Positions 13,226 through 24,561 of a stretch of DNA of 64,000 bases are shown piece by piece. The translations under genes and the position numbers were made by a program. Numbering within the stretch: position 1 is the first letter of the stretch; each line of letters starts with the position of its first letter. The stretch is from Hyaloraphidium curvatum SAG 235-1 (Eukaryota; Fungi; Monoblepharomycota), in assembly GCA_025558095.1 (NCBI GenBank), contig JAIVFI010000019.1, forward strand, positions 248,001-312,000, written 5' to 3'. Under the pieces are notes generated by a model. It was given only the letters and a program-made list of their open reading frames with translations, had not been told where the DNA came from and did no database searches.

Positions 13226-14703
13226 ATGACTCCCGTCGCGCCGCCGCGGCCGAAGCCATGCCTGCAGAAGATGCCACCGGAAATCCTGCTCGGGATCTTG
13301 TCGTGTCGAGCCCTCGCTCTGGAGGATGTCTTCGAGCTGCGTCGGGCCTGCCGCTCAATCGGTCCGGTGGCGCCGGAGGTCTTCCTGGAGCGCGCCAAGC
13401 ACATTCTCGCTGTCGAAAAAGACGCAAGAACGTTTCTTCGCTTCGTCGTCAAGGTGCGGCCCGAAAGCTGGGTGGTGGAAGCTTCGGATGGCACGGCGCA
13501 TTTGCATCCTGGCGAATCATCGGGCGCGCTCTGCCCTGAGTCGCTCGGTGCCATCCTGCGGATCTCGAGCGTTCCCGTCGAATCCGTCATCACCTTCGCC
13601 TTCTTCGAACGCTACAAGGTGCACATGTTGGGCCCGGTGGCGTACCCGCCTCCGAGCCTCCCCGACCCGCAGCGAACGGGAGAGCTCCTCCGCGGCATGC
13701 GACCCTCGCCTCGAGAGCTTGCGCTCGCACTGCGGCACCTCCACTTCAACGAGCCGATCGGCGGGCTCGGTACGCACCTCGCGCACTGCAGGCGCCTGGC
13801 TAGACTGCTCAAAGCGGCGCGGTGTGTCCCCGTCGTCGTCGAGGAAGTACTGGGCCTGCTCGAGTTTCTTTCCTGGAGCATTGGACGGTTGTATCCCTCC
13901 TCGAGGGATGGGACACCTTCCTCAACAGCTGGGCCATGGACGGAAGCGGCGCCGGGGCTGAGGCCTTTTTCGCGTTCGCCACGGGTGCAGCCCCGCGCCT
14001 CTGGAAGGACGCCAGAAGCACCAGGGGCCTGCGCTGGAATCCCGCGGTGCAGGAGCTCACCCATTTCTTGCGGAACCTCTGCACGGCGGGCCACGTAATG
14101 GGCGGCATGCTGTTGTGGATGGTCAGGCAGTCGGAGGAGTGGGGTTTCGTCGCCGCCAGCGTGCTAAAGGAGTTCGGGTCGCATCCGGCCAGCGACCGAC
14201 TGGTGGACTTCGTCATTTGCATTCGGTATTTCCTGCGCAGAGTAACTGACGACGAACGCCCCGTGCTCCCCGAAGATTCCCGCAGACTGTGTCAATGCCT
14301 GCATGAGCTTGGAGCCCTCGCCGGTTTCCTTGGATGGTTGGCGGGCAACCAGATCTGTCCCTTGCACCTCGACCCTGCCTTCCCCGCACTCGAGTGGTAC
14401 ATTGCAGATGATGCCGCGTTCGCCAACCAGTTCGTCAGGGGCTTGGCCAACGTGCGCCTCAAAGAACGACATGCCCACCTCGTGGCCAACCTGCAACACC
14501 ACAGCTCAGTCTACTCCATGCTGCTCGCCTTTGTCGACGCAAACGACCTGCGCGGGAGCCCAGCTTGGGTGGAGGCCGCGCGGAACTACTTCGAAACCGG
14601 GAAGCACAACCGTGCTGCGGCGCAGGATCTCATCCATGCCCTGGGTACGTGCGCGTGCCCAGAGGGAGATTGCGAATGGTGCTTCGACGCGCAGCTCGAA
14701 TGA
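13226..14703 (+). CDS. F-box-like orphan protein, apparently frameshifted near 13865 (possible pseudogene or assembly error)
   Basis: N-terminal LQKMPPEILLGILSC..LEDVFELRRACRS resembles an F-box. Protein-like sequence switches from ORF 13097..14098 to ORF 13822..14703 with no convincing intron. Confidence 0.55.
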
Positions 14704-15042
14704 AGCAGACGCCATTGGGCGGTCCAGTACTCGCAATTGCATGATTGATTGCAGGGCTTGGGCAGCACCGTGAAGTTGAGGGAAGTGGAGGCGGTGCCAT
14801 CGGCGGTCCCTGCGCGCTGAGTCGGGACGATCACCCCCGTCCATCTTCCGCCGCTCACTGGAGGAACGCGGCAACGGCGCATGCAATGTCCGCGGCGCCG
14901 TTGCCCGCCATGCCGCCTCCGCCGCCCCCGCGGCCGGCGCGCGGCTCCGGGAGCGGTACGCGCGCTTCGACGGGACCCCTCCGTGAGAAGGCTGACTTCG
15001 CTCCCCCGCATTGGACTGCCTTCGCCACCAATAGCGCCGAGC

Positions 15043-15897
15043 ATGAAGCGCGCCCGCCCGCGTCGCAATCGTCCGCCTTCCCCGCCCTCCGCTTCTCGCA
15101 CATCGTCGTTCGCGGAGTACGAACCGCCACCGTACCCGCACGCCGCCGCGGGCTACGCGGTTCCTGCAGAGGACGACGAGGAGGAGGGATACGAACCACC
15201 AACATGGCCGGACTATTCGTACGGCTACGTGGAACCGAGCGATGCCCTCCTGGACAACTACTCGCCTGCCTACACGGACAGACCTGGTTACCCCGACGGC
15301 GATTTCGCCCCTGCTCCTCTGTACCCGGGGCCGAGCCCGAGCGAGAAGGGCGAAATGGCTCCTGTTTGGCCAGAGTGGCAGGATGATCTGATCGGACAAT
15401 ACGGGAAGCATGGGCAGAGCTCCGAACCTCCTGGGACGGAAGTGGATACCGAGAGCCCGCCCGAGGACTACCACGCGGCGAACGAGTGCGGTGCTCGAAT
15501 TGCGCAGCTGGAGCAGGACCTTGCGGATGCGCGAAGGAGGCTGGAAGAGGCCGAGCTCGAGGCCGGGCTTTGGAGGGAAAAGTACGAACAGGCTGCGGCC
15601 GGCGGAGAGAGATACAGGGCCGAGGGGAGAGAACAGGCTGCGTCGGAGGCGAGGCAGAGGGCAGAACAAGGGCTGGAACTTGTGGGGAAGATCAGGGATT
15701 CGGGGAAGGAGGTTGGTCGTTTTGGAGATTTGGTGAGGCAATTCCCTGACCGCGCATCGCAGGCCATCAGGGAGCTCCTCGCGGGAATACGGACGCTTGG
15801 TTCACTTCAGGATTTCCTGGAGGATCTGACCAGAGAGCCTCCGAGGGAGCTCGAGGGGGACGAGGATACCGGCGACGTAAACGAGGGCAATCTATGA
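15043..15897 (+). CDS. Hypothetical protein: Pro/Tyr/acidic low-complexity N-terminal half, coiled-coil C-terminal half
   Basis: Single long ORF with heptad-like RIAQLEQDLADARRRLEEAELE; no family recognised. Start could be 14881. Confidence 0.6.
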   Translation: MKRARPRRNRPPSPPSASRTSSFAEYEPPPYPHAAAGYAVPAEDDEEEGYEPPTWPDYSYGYVEPSDALLDNYSPAYTDRPGYPDGDFAPAPLYPGPSPSEKGEMAPVWPEWQDDLIGQYGKHGQSSEPPGTEVDTESPPEDYHAANECGARIAQLEQDLADARRRLEEAELEAGLWREKYEQAAAGGERYRAEGREQAASEARQRAEQGLELVGKIRDSGKEVGRFGDLVRQFPDRASQAIRELLAGIRTLGSLQDFLEDLTREPPRELEGDEDTGDVNEGNL

Positions 15898-16063
15898 TGA
15901 TCGTGATAGGCTTTTCTACGGCAAGAAAGTTAGAGTAGTTAATGCTCGTGGATCATGGTTCGATTGTGTCGTTAATTGACCAATGGTAGATTAGATTTCG
16001 TGAGGGGGAGGAGAACTGCCCGGACGCCTGCCACATCATCGTTCCGGACGAACATCGTTCACC

Positions 16064-16899
16064 ATGCTGCTCAACAGCACCGACCCCGGGCCGCAGCCGT
16101 CCATTCCCGGCCCCTTCCACGACCACTACGCCCAATTGCGCTGGATTGTCATCCCGGTTTTCGCTCATCTCCTCGTCTGGCTCACGCTCGTGCTCTCGGA
16201 ATACGTCATCGCCGCCTGTAAGCGCCGAAGGGCATGGTAAGCTGGACGAGACCTCTGACGCGGGCCTCATTAGACGAGTTCTACGTCTTGAGTCAGCAGA
16301 CCGCGGGCTTCGCGACGATTTCGACGGAAGCCGAGGAAGGTTCCCCAACAACTGGAGGCGAAACGACCCCTTTGGTCCCCAAGAGCACCGAAACCGGCCT
16401 TTCTCTCTCGACCCGTCGCACCGAGCGCGTTTCGCGTGCCGGGACGGTCGCCCGGAACACCTTTATCATGTTGTTGACGGCCTTCGTCATTCTCTCCGTT
16501 CCGATCGGATTCGCCTGCAAGTCAAAAGTCCGCCTTCCCAACCCTCTGCCGGATCCGGATGGTCCCTGCGGTTACTGCACGGCCAACGGCGTCACAGAAA
16601 GTGCGGTGTGGATGCTGTGGAGCTTCTTCGGTGCGTTCGACGTCGCTTGCCGGGAGAAGTGCTAATCTCCGCTTCTTTTCTGCGCAGGTCTTTGCGCGCT
16701 GTGGATTCTCACTGAACTCGCGACGGTGTCGGAGCAGTCGTCCATCATTCGGGCAGTTCTCGCCGTCGCCTCCTACTCGCTGATCGCGGTCGTCTTTGCG
16801 CTCACGCTCGCCAGGTGGGATCAGTACAGGCAGGTGGGTTGTTTCTGCCCTATGGAACCTGTGATCGGCAGCTTATGGACGGGATCGGCAGAGGGGTGA
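16064..16899 (+). CDS. Hypothetical multi-pass membrane protein (3 exons)
   Basis: MLLNSTDPGP..LRWIVIPVFAHLLVWLTLVLSEYVIAA | YEFYVLSQQ..FIMLLTAFVILSVPIGFAC..CGYC..WMLWSFF | GLCALWIL..SYSLIAVVFALTLARW..SAEG*. Two GT-AG introns keep the frame; about 4 TM segments. Confidence 0.65.
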
Positions 16900-17359
16900 G
16901 GACGATTGCCAGGCCGGTCACTGAGCACAAGGGACGCACGGACTTTCTTGGGGTCGCTAGAGGAGCGGAAGGACCGATGGACACGCTTTTCGATGAATAC
17001 ATTGGCTACTCTTCCTGATTGCCGGGGTTGGGCGGGCACGGAAGGCGATCGAACGTGGAAGCCTGTGGAAAGTCGGCCGGGCCAAAACGGCGGGCCCGCA
17101 CTCCCGAAAACCCGCTCTCTCTTCCCCCCTGCTACCGGCGCGCGTTCTCGCCCGCTGCCCCTGAGAAAACGAATCGCAGTTCTCCAGCAAGGTGTGTGGC
17201 CGCGCGTTGCGCCCTCCCTCGCGGCCCGCGCGGGAGCTGCACGCCGCTTCTTCCCTGCGGTGCCCGGTCGCGCACGAAAACGCCGGCACCGGTCATCGAG
17301 CCTGTTCTGACCATCCGCCGCGCTCGGCGCACTTCCTTCTCCCCAGGCACGCCGCGAAA

Positions 17360-19827
17360 ATGGCCGAGACGGAGACCTTCGCCTTCCAGGGTGGGTTCCG
17401 GCTTCCACCCTTTTCTTCGCCCGTCCCTGACCCATCGCCGGCCCGCAGCCGAGATCTCGCAGCTGATGAGCCTCATCATCAACACCTTCTACTCGAACAA
17501 GGAGATCTTCCTGCGCGAGCTGATTTCGAACGCCTCGGATGCCCTGGACAAGATCCGCTACCTCTCCCTCACCGACTCGTCGGTCCTTGACTCCGAGAAG
17601 GAGCTCTTCATCCGTATCATTCCCGACAAGGACAACAAGACCCTCACCATCCGCGACTCGGGCATTGGCATGACCAAGGTGCCTTGTGGATCACGTCGGT
17701 CTGTCTCGACGACAACCTGATCCCGATTGCCCGCCCTCAGGCCGACCTCGTCAACAACCTCGGCACCATCGCCAAGTCGGGCACCAAGGCCTTCATGGAG
17801 GCCCTCAGCCAGGGCGCCGACATCTCCATGATCGGCCAGTTCGGCGTGGGCTTCTCTACTCGGCCTACCTGGTTGCCGACAAGGTGCAAGTCGTCACCAA
17901 GCACAACGACGACGAGCAGTACATCTGGGAGTCCGCCGCCGGTGGCTCGTTCACCATCACGCACGACACGACCGGCCTGGCGCTTGGGCGCGGGACGGCC
18001 ATCGTGCTGCACATGAAGGAGGACCAGACCGAGTACCTCGAGGAGCGCCGGATCAAGGAGATCGTCAAGAAGCACTCCGAGTTCATCTCGTACCCGATCC
18101 AGCTCGAGACCAAGAAGGAGGTCGAGGAGGAGGTTGACGAGAAGAAGGACGAGGAGGAGGAGGAGAAGAAGGTTGGTTTTGTGGTGATCCGAGGCTGCCG
18201 GGGACATTGCTCAACCGCGTTCCATCCAGGACGAGGAGACCAAGATCGAGGAGGTCGACGAGGACAAGGAGAAGGAGAAGTCGAAGAAGAAGAAGGTCCG
18301 TCGCCGGCCCGGAGCGCGTGTTGGACGGGATCACTAATCCCGCCTCCACCTGCAGGTCAAGACCACGAAGACCGAGGAGGAGGTCCTGAACAAGACCAAG
18401 CCCATCTGGACCCGCAACCCCGAGGAGATCCTGCAGGACGAGTACGCGAGCTTCTACAAGGCCATCTCGAACGACTGGGAGGACCACCTTGCCGTCAAGC
18501 ACTTCTCGGTCGAGGGCCAGCTCGAGTTCCGCGCCATCCTCTTCGTGCCCCGCCGCGCGCCGTTCGACATGTTCGAGAGCCGCAAGAAGCGGAACAACAT
18601 CAAGCTGTACGTCCGCCGCGTCTTCATCACCGACGACTGCGAGGACCTTGTGCCCGAGTGGCTCAACTTCGGTGGGTGCCGGCGCTGCACGTGATCATTG
18701 CTACGTTGCCTGACCCTCCATCTCCAGTCAAGGGCATCGTCGACTCGGAGGACCTGCCCCTCAACATCTCGCGTGAGATGCTGCAGCAGAACAAGATCCT
18801 TAAGGTGATCAAGAAGAACCTCGTCAAGAAGTGCATCGAGATGTTCAGCGAGATCGCCGAGGACGCCGACAAGTTCAAGCTCTTCACCGAGGCGTTCGGC
18901 AAGAACATTAAGCTCGGCATCCACGAGGACTCGCAGAACCGCGAGAAGCTCGCCGAGCTGCTGCGCTTCCACTCGACCAAGTCGGGCGACGAGATGACCT
19001 CGCTCAAGGACTACATCACCCGCATGCCCGAGAAGCAGAAGAACATCTACTACATCACGGGCGAGTCGCGCGCCGCCGTCGAGAACGCGCCCTTCCTCGA
19101 GGTGCTCAAGAAGAAGGGCTTCGAGGTGCTCTTCATGGTGGACCCCATCGACGAGTACATGGTGCAGCAGCTCAAGGAGTTTGATGGTGGGTTGCGCTGC
19201 GTTGGAATTGACTTCCGTTGACTGATCGCGGGCATTGCAGGCAAGAAGCTCGTGTCGGCCACCAAGGAGGGCCTCGAGCTCGAGGAGGACGAGGACGAGA
19301 AGAAGCAGTTCGAGGAGGAGAAGGCCGCCAACGAGAACCTCACCAAGATCATGAAGGACATCCTCGGCGACAAGGTCGAGAAGGTCGTCGTGTCGAACCG
19401 CATCACCGACTCGCCCTGCGTGCTCGTCACGGGCCAGTACGGCTGGACGGCCAACATGGAGCGCATCATGAAGGCCCAAGCCCTCCGCGACTCGTCGCTG
19501 TCGACCTACATGGTCAGCAAGAAGGTCATGGAGATCAACCCCAAGAACAGCATCATCCAGTCGCTCAAGACCAAGGTCGAGGCCGACAAGAACGACCGCA
19601 CGGTCAAGGACCTCGTGTACCTGCTCTTCGAGACGGCGCTGCTGCAGTCGGGCTTCACGCTGGAGGACCCCAGCGGGTTCGCCGGCCGCATCCACCGCAT
19701 GATCAAGCTCGGCCTCAGCATCGACGAGGACGTCGAGGACGCCCCGGCAGAGGAGGCCGACGACGACATGCCCCCGCTCGAGGAGTCTGCTGCTGCTGCT
19801 CAAAGTTCCATGGAAGAGGTCGACTAG
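17360..19827 (+). CDS. HSP90: Cytosolic heat shock protein 90 (apparent 2-nt insertion at ~17855)
   Basis: [46 protein letters not shown](YSAYLVAD), [16 protein letters not shown]-terminal MEEVD; strong C/G-ending codon bias. Confidence 0.97.
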
Positions 19828-20011
19828 TGGCCTGGGAGAAATCGTCTAGCGGAAGAACTGGCTAGCGGAAGAACTCAACCAGCGGAAAGTGCATCTGGGG
19901 CCCGGGTCCTGTAGACTTACCATTCCGGACTGCTTTGACATTGTAGCCGTCAGTATGGCAAAAATGGAGATGATTGGTCGTGTTTCGGTCTGTCGTCCTT
20001 GTCGGGTTGCG

Positions 20012-20338
20012 CTCCAGATGTGTGTACGGGTTCCAAGTCGTGTGGTGGTGCAAAACCCAGGCGCCAAGGGCCCTAAATCCCCGATGAGCGCTTTGGTACG
20101 ACGCTCTACAGTCCCGTACCCGTTTACGGGATGCGAATCTCGTTGACGGGTTGCGAATCTGGTTGACGGGCTGCGAATCTCGTTGACGGGCCGCGAATCT
20201 GGTTGACGGGCTGCGAATCTCGTTGATGGGCTGTGAACCTCGTTGACGGGCTGTGAATCGCGTTGACGGACTGCGAATCCCGTCGACGAGCTGCAGGCAT
20301 TATTGTCTACTCCGGGCCTCCATATGCGTGTACGGGTT
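20012..20338. repeat. 21-bp imperfect direct repeats (20012-20032 and 20318-20338) bracketing a minisatellite-containing segment
   Basis: ctccagatgtgtgtacgggtt vs ctccatatgcgtgtacgggtt (19/21 identical). Confidence 0.85.
20121..20294. repeat. 20-bp tandem minisatellite, about 8.5 copies
   Basis: Consensus cgttgacgggctgcgaatct, readable directly; terminal units are more degenerate. Confidence 0.95.
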
Positions 20339-20493
20339 GTGGGGCCCGATGCGCGTGACGTGATGGGTGGGTGTGAAAGCCACTGGGCGGCACTGGTCGT
20401 CCGGGCGTCGTTTCGACAGAGGCAGCAGTGGTATTCCATCACGTCAAAGCTGTACATTGTGAGCAATCTTCAGAGCAAATGCATCGCGGGATA

Positions 20494-23400
20494 TCACTTG
20501 AGTCGGAGCTGCGATCCCGCGTCAAATCAACGTGGGCGGGAACGATCAGCTTTTGACCTACCCGTGGAACAACATTCATGGACATCAGCTCCTGGAAAAG
20601 CAGCTTGCACGCGTACGGAATCTGGATCTTGGAGACGCCCTTGCGCTGCTTGCAATGCGGGCAGAACCCTTGGTATCCCACCAAGCCGCAGTCCTGGCAA
20701 ACATGGACCTCGAAGCTGTCCGAGCTGAAAAGCAAGCGCTCCATGAGGAGGCTACTGGCTCCGTGTCCAATCAAACTGTCAAGGGCCGGCTTCTCAGGCA
20801 TTGACACGTGTAGGAGCGGGAGCGAACCCACCAATCCCTCTCCATCTCGCCGACGCGAAGTCCACCGTCCCGGGAGCGACCCTCGGTCGGCTGCCGCGTC
20901 AAAGTCGCCCGCGGACCGCGCGCACGGGCATGCATCTTGTCCAGAACCATGTGCTTGAGCTTCTGGTAGTAGACGGGCCCAAAGAAGATGTAGGCCTCGA
21001 GCGGTTCGCCGGTGATGCCGCTCGTGACGTATTCCTTGCCCGAGTAGTTGTAGCCGTGATCCACGAGGATCCTTGACATATCTGCAACCTTGCTCCCGCC
21101 AAAAGCCTGTTTGAAGTGGGACATTGAATCCATTGGGCACAGTGCGCACCGACAAATCCAAATGAAACCCACCGTCCCATATTGCAGCTCGCCCTTTATG
21201 ACACCCGCTTTCCCCGCCAGGAGCTCAATCATCTTTCCGACAGTCATGCGACTCGGGAAGCCGTGCGGGTTCATGATGATGTCCGGGCAGATCCCCCGAT
21301 CGTTGAACGGCATGTCTTCCTGGTTGACGATGATGCCACAGACACCCTTTTGCCCGTGCCGCGACGAGAACTTGTCCCCGATCTCGGGCCGTCGAGTCTG
21401 CCGCATGAGGATCTTGAAGAGCATCTGGTCCTCCTCGTTGGTCGTCACGAGCACGCGGTCGACGTACGACGGTTCGGGGTACTTGTACGAAGTCGGCTGC
21501 GCCTTGAACTTGACCGAGTTGGGGTCGAACGGCTGGCCCGTCGGCAGGTTCTGCATCGAGGCCTCGGGCACAGCCTTGCTAATGAGCACCTGGTCCGTCT
21601 CGATCTTGGCGCCCACGGCAGCGATGCCGTCGCCTTCAAGCGCAGCCTCCTTGAAGCCCGGTTTCGGATCGTCCAAGCGATCGAAGGTCCCGTTGGGATA
21701 GCTTTTGACCATGGCGTGGTGCTTTCGCATCACCTGGCAGCGTCCGAAACCCCGATCCAAGGACGCTTTGTTGAGCACAAGCGCGTCCTCGATATCGTAG
21801 CCACTGTACGACATGACGGCGACGGTAGCGTTCTGCCCCGCGGGGAGCTTGTCGTAACCGATGAGCTCAATCGTCTTGGTCTTGACCATCGGCTGCTGCG
21901 GATAGCACATCAGGTAGAGGAGCGTGTCGATGCGGTTCAGCTGGTTGTAGGCGATGGCGCCGATGGCCTGCTTGCCCATGGCGCACTGGTAGGTGTTGCG
22001 GGGAGATTGGTTGTGGTGCGGGTAGGGGATGAGGCCCGCAACGGCTCCGAGGATGGTGAACGGGGATATTTCGACGTGGGTGGTGTTGGGAACATCCACG
22101 GTGTCGATCCCGTTCACATCCGCGCCGTTTGAAAGTCCGTTTAAGGCCCCTCGTGCCTTGCGAGGCCGCTTGTAGACGATCTCGGCTTCGGACATTGCGA
22201 TGTTGGCATCGCCCTCCTCATTGACATCGACAAACTCGATCTTGCCCTCCCGGACAAGATCGTCAAACGTCTTGTGCCCGTTCATCAGGTCGCGCAGCTC
22301 GACCTCGGTGATGCGGCTCTTTCCCTTGTCCACGATGATGAGGGGACGGCAAACGCGGCCTCCGTCGCTCGAGATGTTGACGTGCCGCTGGTGGTCGTTG
22401 GTGTACACGCCGACGAACGGTCCGATCTTGCCGGCACGCCGGAGCATCCGCAGATTTGCAACGAATTTTGCGGCTTCCCGCGTCACGCCCAGGATCACAC
22501 CGTTCAAGAAGACGAGATACGCGTGTGGCGCATGGAGCTCGGTTCCGGTCAGGATGTTGACGTCCTCGACGCCGAGAGCAAAGACCAACGCCCGGATGGG
22601 TTCATCGTCCGAGTCCGTGGTGATGTGCGTCATCAAGGCCAAGTTCTTGATGAGACCGCACGACTCTCCTTCCGGGGTATCGGCCGGACATAGCATCCCG
22701 AACTGTGAGGTCTGGAGGGCACGAGGACCCGACACCTTCCGCGTCTTTTCGAATTGCGAGGTGATCCTCGTGAGCATGCCCAGCGCCGAGACGTAGGAAA
22801 GCCTCGAGAGGACCTGGGTGATCCCCGCGCGATCCATCTTGAACCGCTTGACCCTCCAGTTGCCCGTCGAGATGGACCGGAACAGGGGCTCCGTGATGTA
22901 CCTCGACTGCTGCTTGACGTAGGTCGCGGCATCGAGGAGCGCCGTGCGGTTGCTCTTTTCCAGCTGCTTGTCGATCTCCGTCTTGAAATGGTGGACGAAC
23001 GATTTGAAGCAATCCTCGAACAGCAGCGACAGGAGCTGGCCGGCCAACTCCAGCCGTTTGTTCCCGAGAAAGTCCCGGTCATCCACGGCGCTCTTCTTTT
23101 GCACAGCCTGGAGAACCCTCCGGATCATGATGGCCAGGTAGATGGCTTTGGTCCGGAAGTTCGGTTGGCCGCCAATCGTCTCCACGGGGATGTGCGAGAT
23201 GACCGTGGTCGCGAGCAGCTCGCGGGCCTCCTCGACGGGGGGTTTCCTCTTCGGCGACCACGCGGGAGCCCGAGCAGAGACCTTGATCTTGCCGCCGAGG
23301 TACTCGAGCGCCTGGAGCTGAGTAAAGTGCTGGAGCTGAGCACACTCTTCCAGCGAAGGCTGGAACAGCTCCAGCAGGTCGTTGTCATCGCCGCAGACCA

Positions 23401-24423
23401 ACGTGGCAATCTCCTTGTCCGCCGTTATTCCCATGGCCTGCAGGAACTTCATGAGCGGAGATAGACCAACTTCCAGCACGCGAGACGGACCTTCATGACC
23501 GTTGCGACGGGCACGTCGACCTGGAACACATTGTGCTTCAACAGCACGTTGCCCTTCTTCCCGTACGTGACGTTCGTCTTTGTCCGCTTTTCGTGCGTAG
23601 CGCTGGTGACGCTCGTCGTGACGGAGTCCGTGCGGTTGTCGTACTCGGCGATGATCCGGTTCTTGCTGAGCTGCTCCTGGATCAGGCACACCTTCTCGAC
23701 GCCGCGGATGATAAAGTAGCCGCCGGGGTCCAAGGGGCATTCCTGGAGCTGCGACATTTCCTCCGGGCTCTTGTTGGTGAGGACGCACTTCGAGGAACGG
23801 AGCATGATGGGCATCTTGCCGATCAGCAAGCGACGCGCAATCGTCCGCCGTTTCGCCTTGGTGTACTCCAGATCCACAAAGATGTTTCCCGCGTACGTGA
23901 TGTCGCGGAGCCGGCACTCCTGAGGGGTGGTGGGCGTGTCCACGCCTTGCTGCGAATCGTTGATGGTGGGGCTCTCGACGTAGATGTCGATAAACTTGGC
24001 GTAGAAGTGCGGATCTACGTCCGAGCGGACCATGTTGTTCGCCTCCACGATCTTCTTGATGTCCGTCTCCACGAAGTAGTTGAAGGAATCGATGTGCTGC
24101 TTCACCAGGCCCCGGACCTTCAAGAACGCAGGGACGAGCCGCCACTTGTCCTCCGCCGTGTCGATGGGGTCGGTGAGGCGCTTTCCACCTAGAACGTCGT
24201 CTCGATTGGAAACGGAACCCACGCGACGCGTCCAGAGAATGTACTTACCGTAGAGCAGGTCGTCGCGAGCAATGAGGTCGTTCTCCAGGATCGACGCTCC
24301 ACCGCCTTTGGGCGAGAAGAGATGGGAACGCGTCCCGTCTGCGTCCCCACCGCGAGCCGCCGGAACGTCCGGCGGCATCCCAAGCGCCTCCTTGCCCTTC
24401 ATTGGGCTCGAGAGGGGCGCCAT
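20494..24423 (-). CDS. RPC2: DNA-directed RNA polymerase III second-largest subunit
   Basis: [69 protein letters not shown]-terminal zinc motif CQDC..CPHC; last micro-exon LRLK* ends at 20494. Confidence 0.96.
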
Positions 24424-24561
24424 TGTGCCGGTTGCGTTGGTTGTTGATCGAAGGGTTTATACTACTGCCGGCCCGCCGCCGCGCCGGCTCTGTTCCTCTT
24501 CATTCTTGCTATTTGAATCAACTGCGACGCTCCCCGCGCTCTTGTGGCGGTAGAACCGGCA

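Noticed and set aside
17030-17200. Heat-shock elements upstream of HSP90
   Set aside because: Scattered GAA/TTC triplets, but no convincing run of three correctly spaced nGAAn units.
20121-20294. 20-bp array as a CRISPR array
   Set aside because: Units are head-to-tail with no unique spacers, there are no cas genes, and the context is eukaryotic.
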